A stretch of 64,000 nt of DNA, taken from positions 160,001 to 224,000 of the forward strand of contig CAWHEP010000009.1 of NCBI GenBank assembly GCA_963828525.1. The letters are read 5' to 3'. The notes beneath the pieces are model-generated. The model was not told where the DNA came from, did not search any database, and saw only the letters and a list, made by a program, of their open reading frames with translations. Numbering within the stretch: the stretch's first letter is position 1; each line of letters begins with the position of its first letter. Below, piece by piece: positions 1 to 10,210 of this stretch. This DNA is from an uncultured Verrucomicrobiae bacterium. Lineage in GTDB: Bacteria; Verrucomicrobiota; Verrucomicrobiia; Chthoniobacterales; Chthoniobacteraceae. Position numbers and translations under genes: made by a program.

Positions 1-566
1 CGGCCCAAAGCATCGTCAATGCGGGTTGCCCGCCCGATCTTGCCGGCTGTAGGCCGGATGGATTCGATCTCGCCGCTGAATACCAGATTTTCAATCCGGG
101 ATTCGATCTCGTCATCCAGCTTGTAACCGTCGTGCTGGAAAAACTTGATCCCGTTATCCTCGTAAGAATTATGGGAGGCGGAGAGGACGATGCCGGCATC
201 CGCCCGCAGCGAACGCGTGATGTACGCGACGCCGGGAGTGGGCAGCGGGCCGATGAGAAGGACATCCACGCCCAGTGACATGATGCCGGCAGCTAGCGCG
301 TTCTCAAGCATGTAACCCGAAAGACGCGTATCCTTCCCGACGACGATCTTCGCGCGGTGGGCCGGACGGGAGTTCCCGTTTCCAAGCTGCGTAATGACGT
401 GAGCGGCCGCGCGTCCCAGTTTCAGCGCGGTTTCCACGGTGACCGGCTCGATGTTGGCGACGCCTCGGACGCCGTCCGTGCCGAAAATCTTCCTGGGCTG
501 GAAAGAGGAGGAGCCGTTTGTGTCCCTGGCGGGAGCTTTTCCGTTTTTAATGAGCGCTGTTTGCAT
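1..566 (-). CDS. glmM: Phosphoglucosamine mutase, N-terminal part (runs off the window edge)
   Basis: Manual translation from ATG at 566 gives [31 protein letters not shown] and [15 protein letters not shown], the GlmM signature motifs. Absent from the ORF track because no stop lies in the window. Confidence 0.95.
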   Translation of the reverse strand, partial: MQTALIKNGKAPARDTNGSSSFQPRKIFGTDGVRGVANIEPVTVETALKLGRAAAHVITQLGNGNSRPAHRAKIVVGKDTRLSGYMLENALAAGIMSLGVDVLLIGPLPTPGVAYITRSLRADAGIVLSASHNSYEDNGIKFFQHDGYKLDDEIESRIENLVFSGEIESIRPTAGKIGRATRIDDALG

Positions 567-586
567 GAGGGGTTTCGTAGCCGGAA

Positions 587-1459
587 TCAGAAGGCGAGGG
601 TGTCTCCTCCATCTTCTTGATGAGGAACCAAATGCTTATCGCGAGGACCAGCGACCCGATCTTCGCCGCCCGGTTCTGCAGAATCAGTTTTTTCATACTT
701 CTCCAACGAAAGCAGCCGCGCGAGACGGCGCCGGAAACTTTCCGGATCGAAGTTACGTTCTATCTTGCCCCGATGACAAATCGAAACAATGCCGGTTTCC
801 TCAGAAACGACGATGGCCACGGAATCCGATTCCTCGGTAATGCCCAGCGCGGCGCGGTGGCGCAGCCCCAGGTTGCGGTCGAGATCTTCGCGCTGGCTCA
901 CGGGAAAGATGCAAGCGCCAGCCACGATGCGGTCATTTCGGATAACGAGGCCGCCATCGTGAAGCGGGGTCTTTGGCTGGAAGAGGGTGATGATGAGTTC
1001 TGGCGAAAGCTCACAGTCGATGGAAATGCCGCTCTCGGCGAAGATGCTGATGTTCGTGTCGTTTTCGAGCGCGATCAACGCGCCGAACTCGCGATTTGAA
1101 AGCTCGAACACGGCCTCCGTGATAATCTCGACCGTCTCTTTGCTCTGGCTGGCCGTGGCGAAGATGTGCTGACTTCCCAACGCTGCCAGTGCCCGGCGCA
1201 ATTCAGGCTGGAAGATGACAACCAGAGCGACCGCGAAGAAAGCGGTGAGTCCACGGATGAGGAAGGTAATGACCTTCAACTCGAGCAACTGCGAAACGAG
1301 GGTGAGCGCAAAGAAGATCAGCACCAAGCCGGTAAGCACTTTCGCGCCACGGGTGCCCCGGAAATACAGGTAGCCGTAGTAGATCGGCACGTAGAGAATG
1401 GCGATCTCGATGACGGAACGCCAGTTCTCGCTGATGAGTTCGAAGAGGTAAGACATCAC
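587..1459 (-). CDS. cdaA: Diadenylate cyclase CdaA/DacA (three TM helices plus DAC domain)
   Basis: [19 protein letters not shown] and [10 protein letters not shown] motifs; located upstream of glmM. Confidence 0.92.
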   Translation of the reverse strand: MMSYLFELISENWRSVIEIAILYVPIYYGYLYFRGTRGAKVLTGLVLIFFALTLVSQLLELKVITFLIRGLTAFFAVALVVIFQPELRRALAALGSQHIFATASQSKETVEIITEAVFELSNREFGALIALENDTNISIFAESGISIDCELSPELIITLFQPKTPLHDGGLVIRNDRIVAGACIFPVSQREDLDRNLGLRHRAALGITEESDSVAIVVSEETGIVSICHRGKIERNFDPESFRRRLARLLSLEKYEKTDSAEPGGEDRVAGPRDKHLVPHQEDGGDTLAF

Positions 1460-2319
1460 GCAACCTCCAGAATCGCCTCCGTCATCCGCAGAGCCTGGGC
1501 ATTTGGCAGCACGTCATGCACTCGGAAGATGGAGGCTCCGCGCTCCCTGCAGTAGGAAGTAAGAGCAACGCCGGGCCATAATCGATCCTCCATGGCGGAG
1601 GCTCCTGTCACGGCGCTAAGAAAGGACTTGCGGGAAACCCCGATGGCGAGAGGACGTTCTTCGACTGACAGCCTGGGGAGATTCCGGAGGAGGAGCAGAT
1701 TGTGGGCGGCTGATTTTCCAAAACCAATGCCCGGATCAAAGGCAATGCACATCGGATCGACACCCGAGCGTAGGGCGGAAGCGAAGGAATGTCGAAAGAA
1801 AAGACCGACCTCCTCAACAACATCTTCGTAGCAAGGGGCAATCTGCATATCCGCCGGAGTGCCCTGCATGTGCATAATGATGACACCGGCTCCGGTGTCG
1901 CGCGCGACGTCAACCATCGCGGAGTCACCGCGAAGACCTGTGACGTCATTAATGATAGAGGCTCCGCAAGCGATCGCGTCCCGGGCAATCGGCGCCTTGG
2001 AAGTGTCTATGGACAGCAGGCAATCGGTCAAACCTGCTAATCGCTCCAGGACCGGCAGCACGCGCGCGCGCTCCACCTCCTCCGGAATGGGGCGCGCCCC
2101 GGGGCGGGTGGACTCACCGCCAATGTCGATGATATCCGCCCCTTGCTCGACCATCGCCAGGGCATGCTCGACGGCCGCGGCGGGATCGGCATACTTGCCA
2201 CCGTCTGAAAAGGAATCTAGCGTAACGTTCAAGATGCCCATGACCAGCCCGCGTTCGCCCAGGCAGAGATCGCCCTTCATTGTTCTCCAGATCATGGTTG
2301 ATGCATCGTTCGCGCACAT
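1456..2319 (-). CDS. folP: Dihydropteroate synthase (true start may be the ATG at 2295)
   Basis: MGILNVTLDSFSDGG, IGGESTRPGA, DPGIGFGK, SRKSF and RVHDV motifs. Confidence 0.95.
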   Translation of the reverse strand: MCANDASTMIWRTMKGDLCLGERGLVMGILNVTLDSFSDGGKYADPAAAVEHALAMVEQGADIIDIGGESTRPGARPIPEEVERARVLPVLERLAGLTDCLLSIDTSKAPIARDAIACGASIINDVTGLRGDSAMVDVARDTGAGVIIMHMQGTPADMQIAPCYEDVVEEVGLFFRHSFASALRSGVDPMCIAFDPGIGFGKSAAHNLLLLRNLPRLSVEERPLAIGVSRKSFLSAVTGASAMEDRLWPGVALTSYCRERGASIFRVHDVLPNAQALRMTEAILEVA

Positions 2320-2383
2320 CTTGACGTAGAGATACGGGACGTCATTCGACTTTTCTCAACGCCCAAACAATTCGCCACAACTT

Positions 2384-3556
2384 ATGCAAGCCACCGTACA
2401 CGAAGCCGCCACCCAAAGCACCTACGCCCCGTTCAGCCTCGTCCGTCTTTTAAGAACGGTGTTCGCGCCGAAAGGTGGCGAGAGCATTTGCATCCTGATT
2501 GACCTCGATGATCCACAGGAAGTACGAGGTTTTGAGTTTCTGCAGAACCCGGATCTTTCCATCCAGCGGCATGCTTACCACTCGTTCTACCAGGCGCTGC
2601 GACACGGGGCCATGGCTGAACTCGGCCTTAAGGGAGGAGAGCTTTTCGCGTATAAGGTGACGGGTGGCAGCAATCTGGATCTTCCAGACGAAGCGGTGGC
2701 TCCTGATGGCACAGCGTTGAGCCTGGAGAAAGATATCTACCCCGCCTACGGCATAATCCTGTGCATCTCGACCTATTCGGCGACTGCTCCTTTGACAGCT
2801 TTCGCGAAGCAGTATGGATTTCGGGGCGCGACGCTGCATGGCGTGAACCAGATCATTCTGGATTCGGGTCTTGCGGTTGACTATGATGAAGTAAGCCGCG
2901 CGGCCGAGAAGCTGCGGCTCGGGATGACAAGGGCGGACTTTGTGGAGATCGATTTCGAGACGCACGGCTCCACTTACACGCTGCGACTGGAGCTAGGCCA
3001 GCAGGAGGCGCAGAAAAGTCATGGGCTCTGCCGAGGAGGCCCTGACGTGGCAAACCTTCCCGCTGGGGAAATCTATTTCGTTCCAAGGAGCGCTGAGGGC
3101 CGATTCCCCATGAAATATGAAGATGGAACCTTAGGCTTGATGGAAGTCAGCAAGGGCCGCATCCAGAAAGTTTCGCTGATCGCGGGTAATGAGGCAACGA
3201 TCTCCACCCACAGGAACAAGCTGGCTTCCGATCCGGCTACGGGAGAACTCGGGGAGCTTGGTTTTGGAACACAGGAACTCCCTGTTTCGGGAAGAGACAT
3301 TCAGGATGAAAAGATCCTTGGCACGCTGCATGTCGCGACCGGGCGAAGCGATCACCTGGGCGGACATCTGACGCCGGACAAATTCACGAGCAAGGCAAAC
3401 GCCACCCATGATGATATCCTGTTCTCGCCGAGCAAGACGCCGGAAGTGAACGTCCGCCAAGCGCGGATGTCAAAGGGCGGAAAGGTGGAAATCCTCATCG
3501 AAAACTTTGCGCCGAAGTATATGCGGACGCTGCTCGACGCGCGGGAACCGGTTTAA
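2384..3556 (+). CDS. M29/aminopeptidase T-like metalloprotein
   Basis: NLPAGE, GELGFG, DEKILGTLHVATG and HDDI resemble the thermophilic metalloprotease (M29) fold. Confidence 0.6.
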   Translation: MQATVHEAATQSTYAPFSLVRLLRTVFAPKGGESICILIDLDDPQEVRGFEFLQNPDLSIQRHAYHSFYQALRHGAMAELGLKGGELFAYKVTGGSNLDLPDEAVAPDGTALSLEKDIYPAYGIILCISTYSATAPLTAFAKQYGFRGATLHGVNQIILDSGLAVDYDEVSRAAEKLRLGMTRADFVEIDFETHGSTYTLRLELGQQEAQKSHGLCRGGPDVANLPAGEIYFVPRSAEGRFPMKYEDGTLGLMEVSKGRIQKVSLIAGNEATISTHRNKLASDPATGELGELGFGTQELPVSGRDIQDEKILGTLHVATGRSDHLGGHLTPDKFTSKANATHDDILFSPSKTPEVNVRQARMSKGGKVEILIENFAPKYMRTLLDAREPV

Positions 3557-3601
3557 AGGAGCGAGGAGCAGGCACCCCCATGCGGGCGCGATTGCTCAAG
3601 G

Positions 3602-4367
3602 GTGTCTGTGACTGATTACGAATCGGAACGCCTAGTGGCGGAGTATCTGTCCCTGCACTACGGGACAGCGGAGGAGGTATTGCCGTTCGCTTTTGGACCG
3701 CGCGATTCGCTTGGATTCCCTGTACGATGCGTGAACGATTGTCTTGATTCAGCGAGCTTGCCTGCTGAGGCAAGAGCACTTGATGTCGGATGCGCCGTTG
3801 GACGCGCTTCCTTCGAGCTCGCCCGCTACTGCGCATCTGTTAACGCGATTGACCGTTCACGCCGCTTTATCGCGGCAGCGAACGCTCTAAGGGACACGGG
3901 AACCGTGTCGTACGATTGCGTTGATGAAGGGCTCCTGACAACCAGGCGCACCGCCAATGTTCCGACAGAAATTCGCCGAGAGCGCGTGGCTTTTGAAACG
4001 GGGGACGCTCTGGACTTGCGCCCTGACCTAGGGCGGTTCGATGTGGTGCTTGCCGCGAACCTTATATGCCGACTACCGGACCCGGCGCGTTTTCTTCGCA
4101 ACGTGGCGGATATCGTGACTGCGGGTGGACAGTTCATTTTGACCACCCCCTGCACGTGGCTGGATGAATTTACGTCGTACGAGAATTGGCTTGGAGGGTT
4201 CGTGACACCGGATGGCAGGAGGATCACCACCTTCGCGACAGTCAGCGAGATACTTGGGAATCATTTTGACCTGCTCGGAAGGAAAGATCTCCCTTTCCTC
4301 ATCCGGGAACACGCGCGCAAGTACCCAGTGGGGTGTTGCCGAGGCAACGGTCTGGCGAAGGCGCTAA
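3602..4367 (+). CDS. SAM-dependent methyltransferase resembling the OvoA C-terminal (mercaptohistidine N-methyltransferase) domain; apparent +1 indel near 4325
   Basis: EYLSLHYG, ALDVGCAVGRASFELAR, AANLICRL, PCTWLDEFT and PFLIREHARKY motifs. Removing one C at 4324-4326 gives QWGVAEATVWRRR and a stop at 4365-4367. Confidence 0.75.
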
Positions 4368-5050
4368 ACAGGCACTGATTTCTGGTGCCTCACATCCTCC
4401 GCCACCGCCGCATAGATGGCGTCCTCCCCGATATTCTTGGCGTGATCTCCCACGCGCTCCAGATGGCGCGCTATAAAGATTACGTTTAGATAAGCTTTGA
4501 CGTTCCCGGGGTGCTTTACCATGAGTTCGGTAAGCTCCTGCCCGATCTGGCCATCAAGGTCGTCCAGCTTTTTGTCGCGCGCCTTCAATGACATGGCGAG
4601 ATCGATTTCGCCCTCGGTATAGGAGCGAACGCTATCCTTAAAGATACCGATAGCTTCCCAATACATCGTCTCAAGAAGATCGGTTTGCTCGAGCACGGCG
4701 ACCTGGTTCAGCTTGCGGGCGCGCCGGGCGATATTGACGGCCTGGTCCGCAACCCGCTCAAGATTGCCGCTGACCTTCATCGCTGAAATCACCTGCCGGA
4801 GATCGGAGGCCACGGGCTGAAAGCGCAGCATGATGGCAATGCCATCGCCGTCCACCTGTATTTCCAGTTGATCAATCTCCTCGTCATCCGCGATGACGGC
4901 TGTGCAGAGATCGTCATCGCGCTTGAACAAGCCGTTCATGGCACTGTTCAAGTTGCGCTCCGTCAGCGTCGCCATCATCAATACGTCATCTTTCAGCGCG
5001 TTAAGCGCTTTATCGAACGTCGCGTAAATGTGTCTGCCATTCTCGCTCAT
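4364..5050 (-). CDS. phoU: Phosphate signalling complex protein PhoU
   Basis: QPVASDLR, LERVADQAVNIA and LERVGDHAKNI motifs; last gene of the pst operon; ATG at 5050. Confidence 0.95.
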   Translation of the reverse strand: MSENGRHIYATFDKALNALKDDVLMMATLTERNLNSAMNGLFKRDDDLCTAVIADDEEIDQLEIQVDGDGIAIMLRFQPVASDLRQVISAMKVSGNLERVADQAVNIARRARKLNQVAVLEQTDLLETMYWEAIGIFKDSVRSYTEGEIDLAMSLKARDKKLDDLDGQIGQELTELMVKHPGNVKAYLNVIFIARHLERVGDHAKNIGEDAIYAAVAEDVRHQKSVPV

Positions 5051-5054
5051 TTTT

Positions 5055-5921
5055 TCAACCAAATCGTCCCGTGATGTAGTCTTCGGTCTGTTTCTGTTCG
5101 GGTTTGAAGAAAATTTGTTTGGTTTCTCCGAACTCAATCAATCTGCCCATGTAAAAGAACATCGTTTTGTCGGAAACGCGACTCGCTTGCTGCATGTTGT
5201 GCGTAACGATGACAATGGTGTACTTCTCCTTCAGTTGCTGGGTGAGTTCCTCGACCTTCATCGTGGCAATGGGATCCAGCGCGGACGCGGGCTCATCCAT
5301 CAGCAAGACCTCCGGTTCGACCGCAATGGCGCGCGCGATACAAAGCCGCTGCTGCTGACCACCCGAAAGGCTCATCCCTGGGCGGTTGAGGTCGTTCTTC
5401 ACTTCATCCCACAGGGCGGCCATGCGGAGAGATTTCTCCATCTGCTCGTTTAGCAGGGCGCGGTTGCGCACACCATTGAGGCGCAAACCAACGATCACGT
5501 TCTCTCCGATGGACATTGTCGGGAATGGATTGGATTTCTGAAAGACCATCCCGACGCGGCGGCGCACTATGGAAGCATCGGTATCGCGCGCGTACAGATC
5601 GCCGCCAAAGAGACGGACAGTCCCTTCCATTCGAGCCTTCGGGGTCAACTCGTGCATGCGGTTAAGACAGCGGAGGAAGGTGGATTTGCCACAGCCGCTT
5701 GGACCGATGATCGCCGTGATCATCCTGGGCGGAATATTCACCGTGACATCGAACAAAGCCTGTTTGGTTCCATACCAAAGACTGACGTTTTTCGCTTCGA
5801 AGGCGGGCAGGGCGCCATCCGCCCCGGGGCTGGCAGCCACGGAGTCAGGCCGGGCTGAAGGCTGATCCCTCGCCGGTTTCGCTTCGTTAATCTCGGAGAC
5901 GCGTTCCACAGGGTGATCCAT
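5055..5921 (-). CDS. pstB: Phosphate ABC transporter ATPase
   Basis: [32 protein letters not shown] and [12 protein letters not shown] at 5921 overlaps the pstA stop. Confidence 0.97.
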   Translation of the reverse strand: MDHPVERVSEINEAKPARDQPSARPDSVAASPGADGALPAFEAKNVSLWYGTKQALFDVTVNIPPRMITAIIGPSGCGKSTFLRCLNRMHELTPKARMEGTVRLFGGDLYARDTDASIVRRRVGMVFQKSNPFPTMSIGENVIVGLRLNGVRNRALLNEQMEKSLRMAALWDEVKNDLNRPGMSLSGGQQQRLCIARAIAVEPEVLLMDEPASALDPIATMKVEELTQQLKEKYTIVIVTHNMQQASRVSDKTMFFYMGRLIEFGETKQIFFKPEQKQTEDYITGRFG

Positions 5922-6781
5922 TATACGCGCGCCACCCTTCCGCGCAGCAAAAAGCGCACGGAAGCATTGACGAGGAAAGTGAAGCAGACGAGCACAAGGG
6001 CGCCGGCCCATGCCTGGCGATGCCAGTCGGGGTATGGAGAAATGGCATAGGTGAAAATCTGGAGGGGGAGAGCGGCGATGGGATCCCCGAGATTGTGGTT
6101 CCAAAAACGATTACCGAAGGCTGTGAACAAGATCGGCGCTGTTTCTCCGGCCACGCGAGCGAGGGCCAGCAGGACGCCGGTTGTTATTCCCGTAAGCGCG
6201 GTGCTCATCACGATATGCACGGTCACCTTCCACTGTGGGATGCCCAAGGCGAGACCTGCCTCGCGGTAGCCACGGGGCACCAGATGAAGCACTTCTTCCG
6301 TTGTGCGCATGATAATCGGGATCATGAGAAAACCCAAGGCGACTCCCCCCGCATAAGCGGAGAAGGTTTTAGTCCTCTGGACGATGAGGCCATAGACGAC
6401 GACGCCCCAAATGATCGATGGGACGCCGTTAAGCACATCCCCGAAGAACCGGAGCAGCCAGTTCAGGCGGTCTGTGCCGTATTCCGAAAGGTAAACACCG
6501 CCCAACACTCCAACAGGCACTCCGATGGCCGACGCGAGCGCCAGCAAGATAAGGGAGCCCACGATGGCGTTGGCCATGCCGCCCCCTACCTCCCCTACCG
6601 GCACGGGGAGCTTCGTAAGGAAATTCCAGTTCAAAGCACCGGCGCCCTCCCGAACGAGGTGGAAGAACACCAGCGCCAGAGGGGCTATGACCAGGGCGGC
6701 GCATATCAAAGTAACGAACGACACGCCCGCGCTGTAAAGCTTGCGCAACGTGTGATTATTGGCCGGTTCGTAGCTCGTCAT
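5921..6781 (-). CDS. pstA: Phosphate ABC transporter permease
   Basis: Hydrophobic; [14 protein letters not shown] and ARVAGETAP motifs; ATG at 6781. Confidence 0.96.
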   Translation of the reverse strand: MTSYEPANNHTLRKLYSAGVSFVTLICAALVIAPLALVFFHLVREGAGALNWNFLTKLPVPVGEVGGGMANAIVGSLILLALASAIGVPVGVLGGVYLSEYGTDRLNWLLRFFGDVLNGVPSIIWGVVVYGLIVQRTKTFSAYAGGVALGFLMIPIIMRTTEEVLHLVPRGYREAGLALGIPQWKVTVHIVMSTALTGITTGVLLALARVAGETAPILFTAFGNRFWNHNLGDPIAALPLQIFTYAISPYPDWHRQAWAGALVLVCFTFLVNASVRFLLRGRVARV

Positions 6782-6782
6782 C

Positions 6783-7775
6783 CTATTGAACTCCCCTGCC
6801 CCCGGCACTCGCTCCGCCGAAGGTTCTAAGCAACAGTTGCGCAAGGAGGTTCACAACAATGGTGACTCCGAAAAGAACGAGTCCTATCTCGAAAAGCGCT
6901 TCAAGGTAGGTATCGGAAGTCGCCTCGGCAAATTCATTGGCAATGACGCTGGCAAGTGTGTAGCCCGGCTTGAGAAGCGAAGCGGAGATCTCAGGACGAT
7001 TTCCGATAACCATCGTCACCGCCATGGTCTCGCCAAGAGCCCTGCCGAGCCCGAGGATAACCGCGCCGAAAAGACCCCGCTGGGCATAGCTAAGAACGGC
7101 GATGCGGGTCACCTCCCATCGAGTCGCGCCCAAAGCGTACGCCGCTTCCCGCTGGAGATTGGGCACGGCCATCAGTATTTCCCTTGAAACGGCAGTGATG
7201 ATCGGGAGAATCATAACGGCGATGATTGCGCCGCCCGCAAACATGCTCACGCCGTAGCTGGGCCCTTTGAAGAGGGGCATCCAGCCGAGGTGATGGGGAT
7301 CCTTGATCCAGGCGAACGGGTATTTCTGCAGCCATGGAACCATGACAAAGATGCCCCACAAGCCGAGGATCACGCTCGGTATCGCCGCGAGCATCTCGAT
7401 GAGCGACATAACGGGCTGCCGCAGCCATTGTGGAGCGAGCTCAGTGAGATAGATCGCGGTCGCGATGCTCAGTGGCACCGCGATGACCAGCGCCAGCACG
7501 GAAGAGACAAGGGTGCCATAGATAAAGGGTAACGCGCCGTAGACTTCGTTTACGGGATCCCATTCAGAACTGGTGAGGAACCCAAAGCCGAACTTGCGAA
7601 TAGCGCCCGAAGATTTGCTGGCGAGCTCGTAGCCAACAACGACGATAAGAACGAGGACGGACATTGCCATCGCCAGCGTGATCCACTCGAAAGCCGTGTC
7701 CCCCACCCCTGAGTGAGGCGACATGTACTCCGTCACACTCTTCCGCTGCTTCGTTGCAACAACCTGATGTGCCAT
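6783..7775 (-). CDS. pstC: Phosphate ABC transporter permease
   Basis: WDPVNEVYGALPFIYGT, AAIPSV, EAAYALGATRWE and GRALGETMAV motifs. Confidence 0.96.
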   Translation of the reverse strand: MAHQVVATKQRKSVTEYMSPHSGVGDTAFEWITLAMAMSVLVLIVVVGYELASKSSGAIRKFGFGFLTSSEWDPVNEVYGALPFIYGTLVSSVLALVIAVPLSIATAIYLTELAPQWLRQPVMSLIEMLAAIPSVILGLWGIFVMVPWLQKYPFAWIKDPHHLGWMPLFKGPSYGVSMFAGGAIIAVMILPIITAVSREILMAVPNLQREAAYALGATRWEVTRIAVLSYAQRGLFGAVILGLGRALGETMAVTMVIGNRPEISASLLKPGYTLASVIANEFAEATSDTYLEALFEIGLVLFGVTIVVNLLAQLLLRTFGGASAGGRGVQ

Positions 7776-7857
7776 TTGTGGAAGTCTCTCCTTCGATCCA
7801 GGGCAGCCTTGACAGTGTTACGGGGCGGCTAGCGCCAGAAGCTTGCCCGCAACGATC

Positions 7858-8886
7858 TCAAAACTGAATCTCCGCCACACGCTTCAAAACACGTTCACGC
7901 AACGCGTCCGGCAGGGGCGCGTAATCAAGTTTTTCGGCCATGGCTTCCCCGTCCTTCATTGACCACTTCAGAAACTCCACCATTTTCTTCCCCTTCTCGG
8001 CATTCGACTGCTTTTGATAGACCAGCAGCCATGTGCAACCGCTTATCGGATAGGTTTCTTTACCTGCCGCATTGGTCATGGAAAAGCGAAAATCCTCCGG
8101 GATTTGCGCGCCCAAAAAAGCCGCCGTCACGGCTGCGGGCGAGGCTTTTACAAACGCGCCATCGGCGTTCTTCAAGTCGGCGAAAGGCATCTTGTTCTGC
8201 AGAGCGTAGATCAACTCGACATACCCGATCGCGCCGGGAAGCTGTTGAACTTGTCCGGAGACGCCTTCATTGCCTTTGGCTCCCAACCCGGAAGGCCATT
8301 TCACCGCGGTGTTCTTGCCAACCTGCTTCGCCCAATCCGCGCTGACCTTGCTCAAGTAATCGGTAAAGATGTAGCTGGTGCCACTCCCATCCGACCGATG
8401 CACAACGGCAAGGTCCAAATCCGGAAGCTTCACGCCCGGATTGAGTTTGGCAATCGCGTCATCATTCCATTTTGTGATCTTACCCAAAAATATATTCGCG
8501 AGGGTCTCGCCATCCATTTTAAGGGCGGGCGCGCCTGGGAGGTTGTAGACGATTACCACCGCGCCCGCGACGGTGGGGATATGCAAGATTTTGCCGGACG
8601 CCTTGGCGAGATTCTCATCAGTCATGGGGCCATCGGAAGCGCCAAAATCGACTGTCTGCGCAAGGATCTGCTTTTGTCCTCCGCCTGAACCGATGGACTG
8701 GTAGTTAAAGCGCACGGACGAGTCCACCCTGGAGTACTCATCAAACCATTTGGAATAGATCGGATACGGGAAGGTCGCGCCCGCGCCGTTGATCGTGAGT
8801 TGAGCGGAAGCGTGGCCCGCTGCCAGCAGCGCGAGCACAGCCGCTGCCACGAGATTGCGGGAGAAGAGGGTGGGTTTCATAGCCAT
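7858..8886 (-). CDS. pstS: Phosphate-binding periplasmic protein (start 8886 or 8880)
   Basis: Signal peptide; GAGATFP, YQSIGSGGG, DFGASD, RSDGSGTS and KGNEGV motifs. Confidence 0.97.
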   Translation of the reverse strand: MAMKPTLFSRNLVAAAVLALLAAGHASAQLTINGAGATFPYPIYSKWFDEYSRVDSSVRFNYQSIGSGGGQKQILAQTVDFGASDGPMTDENLAKASGKILHIPTVAGAVVIVYNLPGAPALKMDGETLANIFLGKITKWNDDAIAKLNPGVKLPDLDLAVVHRSDGSGTSYIFTDYLSKVSADWAKQVGKNTAVKWPSGLGAKGNEGVSGQVQQLPGAIGYVELIYALQNKMPFADLKNADGAFVKASPAAVTAAFLGAQIPEDFRFSMTNAAGKETYPISGCTWLLVYQKQSNAEKGKKMVEFLKWSMKDGEAMAEKLDYAPLPDALRERVLKRVAEIQF

Positions 8887-8926
8887 AAGTGTTGGGGCGC
8901 AGGTTTGAGCGGTCAAAAGGTCAATT

Positions 8927-8942
8927 GTAACAATCGCGTAAC
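8927..8942 (-). promoter_or_regulatory. Pho-box-like direct repeat (GTTAC-N6-GTTAC, 11-bp period) upstream of pstS
   Basis: Plus-strand gtaac at 8927-8931 and 8938-8942. An 11-bp period is typical of PhoB/OmpR-family sites. Confidence 0.5.
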
Positions 8943-8961
8943 GCCGTTTAGCTTGAGGCCT

Positions 8962-9279
8962 TCACCAGTTCTCGGCCAGCCTCTGGAGTTCCTCGACCAG
9001 AGAGTCGATTTTTTTCAAGTCACGACGACGGCCTTTATCGGGCTTGATATTCAGGGTGCGGATGAGGGTTATCATGTCCCGAGCATCCCGATTGCGGGAA
9101 ACCGCCACCTTTTTCCTATTGGCTTCCGCTATGACGACCTCGCGAACCGCCGCGAGGTCACTTTCCACGCGAGTGGCATATTGATCGACGACCTCGCGGA
9201 AAAGTTTTCTGAGGAAAGCGAGTTCCTCCGCAGCCGACTTCAGCGGCGAAGCATCCATCTCGTCAGTATCCGCTTTCAT
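8962..9279 (-). CDS. Hypothetical small helical protein
   Basis: Charged, helical-looking ORF filling the gap; TTGTGA-N17-AATAGT lies 7 nt before the ATG at 9279. Confidence 0.65.
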   Translation of the reverse strand: MKADTDEMDASPLKSAAEELAFLRKLFREVVDQYATRVESDLAAVREVVIAEANRKKVAVSRNRDARDMITLIRTLNIKPDKGRRRDLKKIDSLVEELQRLAENW

Positions 9280-9329
9280 ACTGTTCACTATTTGCGTTTC
9301 GATCCGTCCTCACAACCAAATTAGGCTTG

Positions 9330-9692
9330 CTATTGAGAAGTGGCATCAAGTTCCTTTCCCAGTGAGTTACGCGCGGAAGCCCACTCGTTGACAGGGTTGC
9401 CCCCAAGGATGTGCTCCTCAAAAATCCGGTCAAACCTCGTGGCAGTGACTTTGCCGTACCAGATTCCCTCCGGATAAATCACGATCCAGGGGCCTCCCGA
9501 GCAAATTCTGAAACAGGCCGCTTTCGTCCTCATCATCTTTACAGAGCAGTGCTTCAAGCATGCCTTGATGTGCTGCCAGAGCGCCTCACCGTCCCGGGAA
9601 CTACAGCAATCCGGCCCGATGCAGACAAAAAGATGCTTTTCAGCGTCCGCGACGCCGGCCTTTGCCAGTCCTTCGGAAACACTGTGGCTCAT
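9330..9692 (-). CDS. Thioredoxin-like [2Fe-2S] ferredoxin
   Basis: HLFVC...CC, ACFRICSGGP and IYPEGIWY motifs. Confidence 0.85.
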   Translation of the reverse strand: MSHSVSEGLAKAGVADAEKHLFVCIGPDCCSSRDGEALWQHIKACLKHCSVKMMRTKAACFRICSGGPWIVIYPEGIWYGKVTATRFDRIFEEHILGGNPVNEWASARNSLGKELDATSQ

Positions 9693-9759
9693 TCGCGCCT
9701 TGTCATTTCTCTTATGATGGGAATGTTAGTGCCTCCCAAATCCTGAGAAAGATACAGCA

Positions 9760-10206
9760 ATGGCCAAGAAACTCCTCTTTATTTGCACAGGAAACTACTA
9801 TCGGAGCCGGTTCGCGGAAGCGGTATTCAACCACAAAGCGGAAGAAACGGGACTGGGATGGAAGGCCTTCTCACGAGGGCTCGCGATCCACTACGTGCCG
9901 GAGGGAGACCTCTCCGAGCATACCGCGGCGGCACTGGAGTCGCGGGGTATCCATGTCCGCCACACCGGCCCAATCCGCGTGCAACTCTCCGAGGCGGATC
10001 TGCGGGAAGCCAGCCTGGTCATCGCGTTAAAGGACGATGAACACCGCCCAATGGTGCGCGAGATGTTCCCGGCGTGGGAAAGCAAAATTGTCTTCTGGGA
10101 TGTGTCGGACATGCCACACATCTGGCCGGAGGAAGCTCTACCCGTGATCCAAAAGCGGGTCGAGGAACTTGTCCGCGAGCTTGCGAAGCCGGTGTCGGGC
10201 GGCTAG
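9760..10206 (+). CDS. Low-molecular-weight phosphotyrosine phosphatase / ArsC-like protein
   Basis: LFICTGNYYRSRFAE is the CX5R P-loop. Confidence 0.85.
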   Translation: MAKKLLFICTGNYYRSRFAEAVFNHKAEETGLGWKAFSRGLAIHYVPEGDLSEHTAAALESRGIHVRHTGPIRVQLSEADLREASLVIALKDDEHRPMVREMFPAWESKIVFWDVSDMPHIWPEEALPVIQKRVEELVRELAKPVSGG

Positions 10207-10210
10207 CCGG

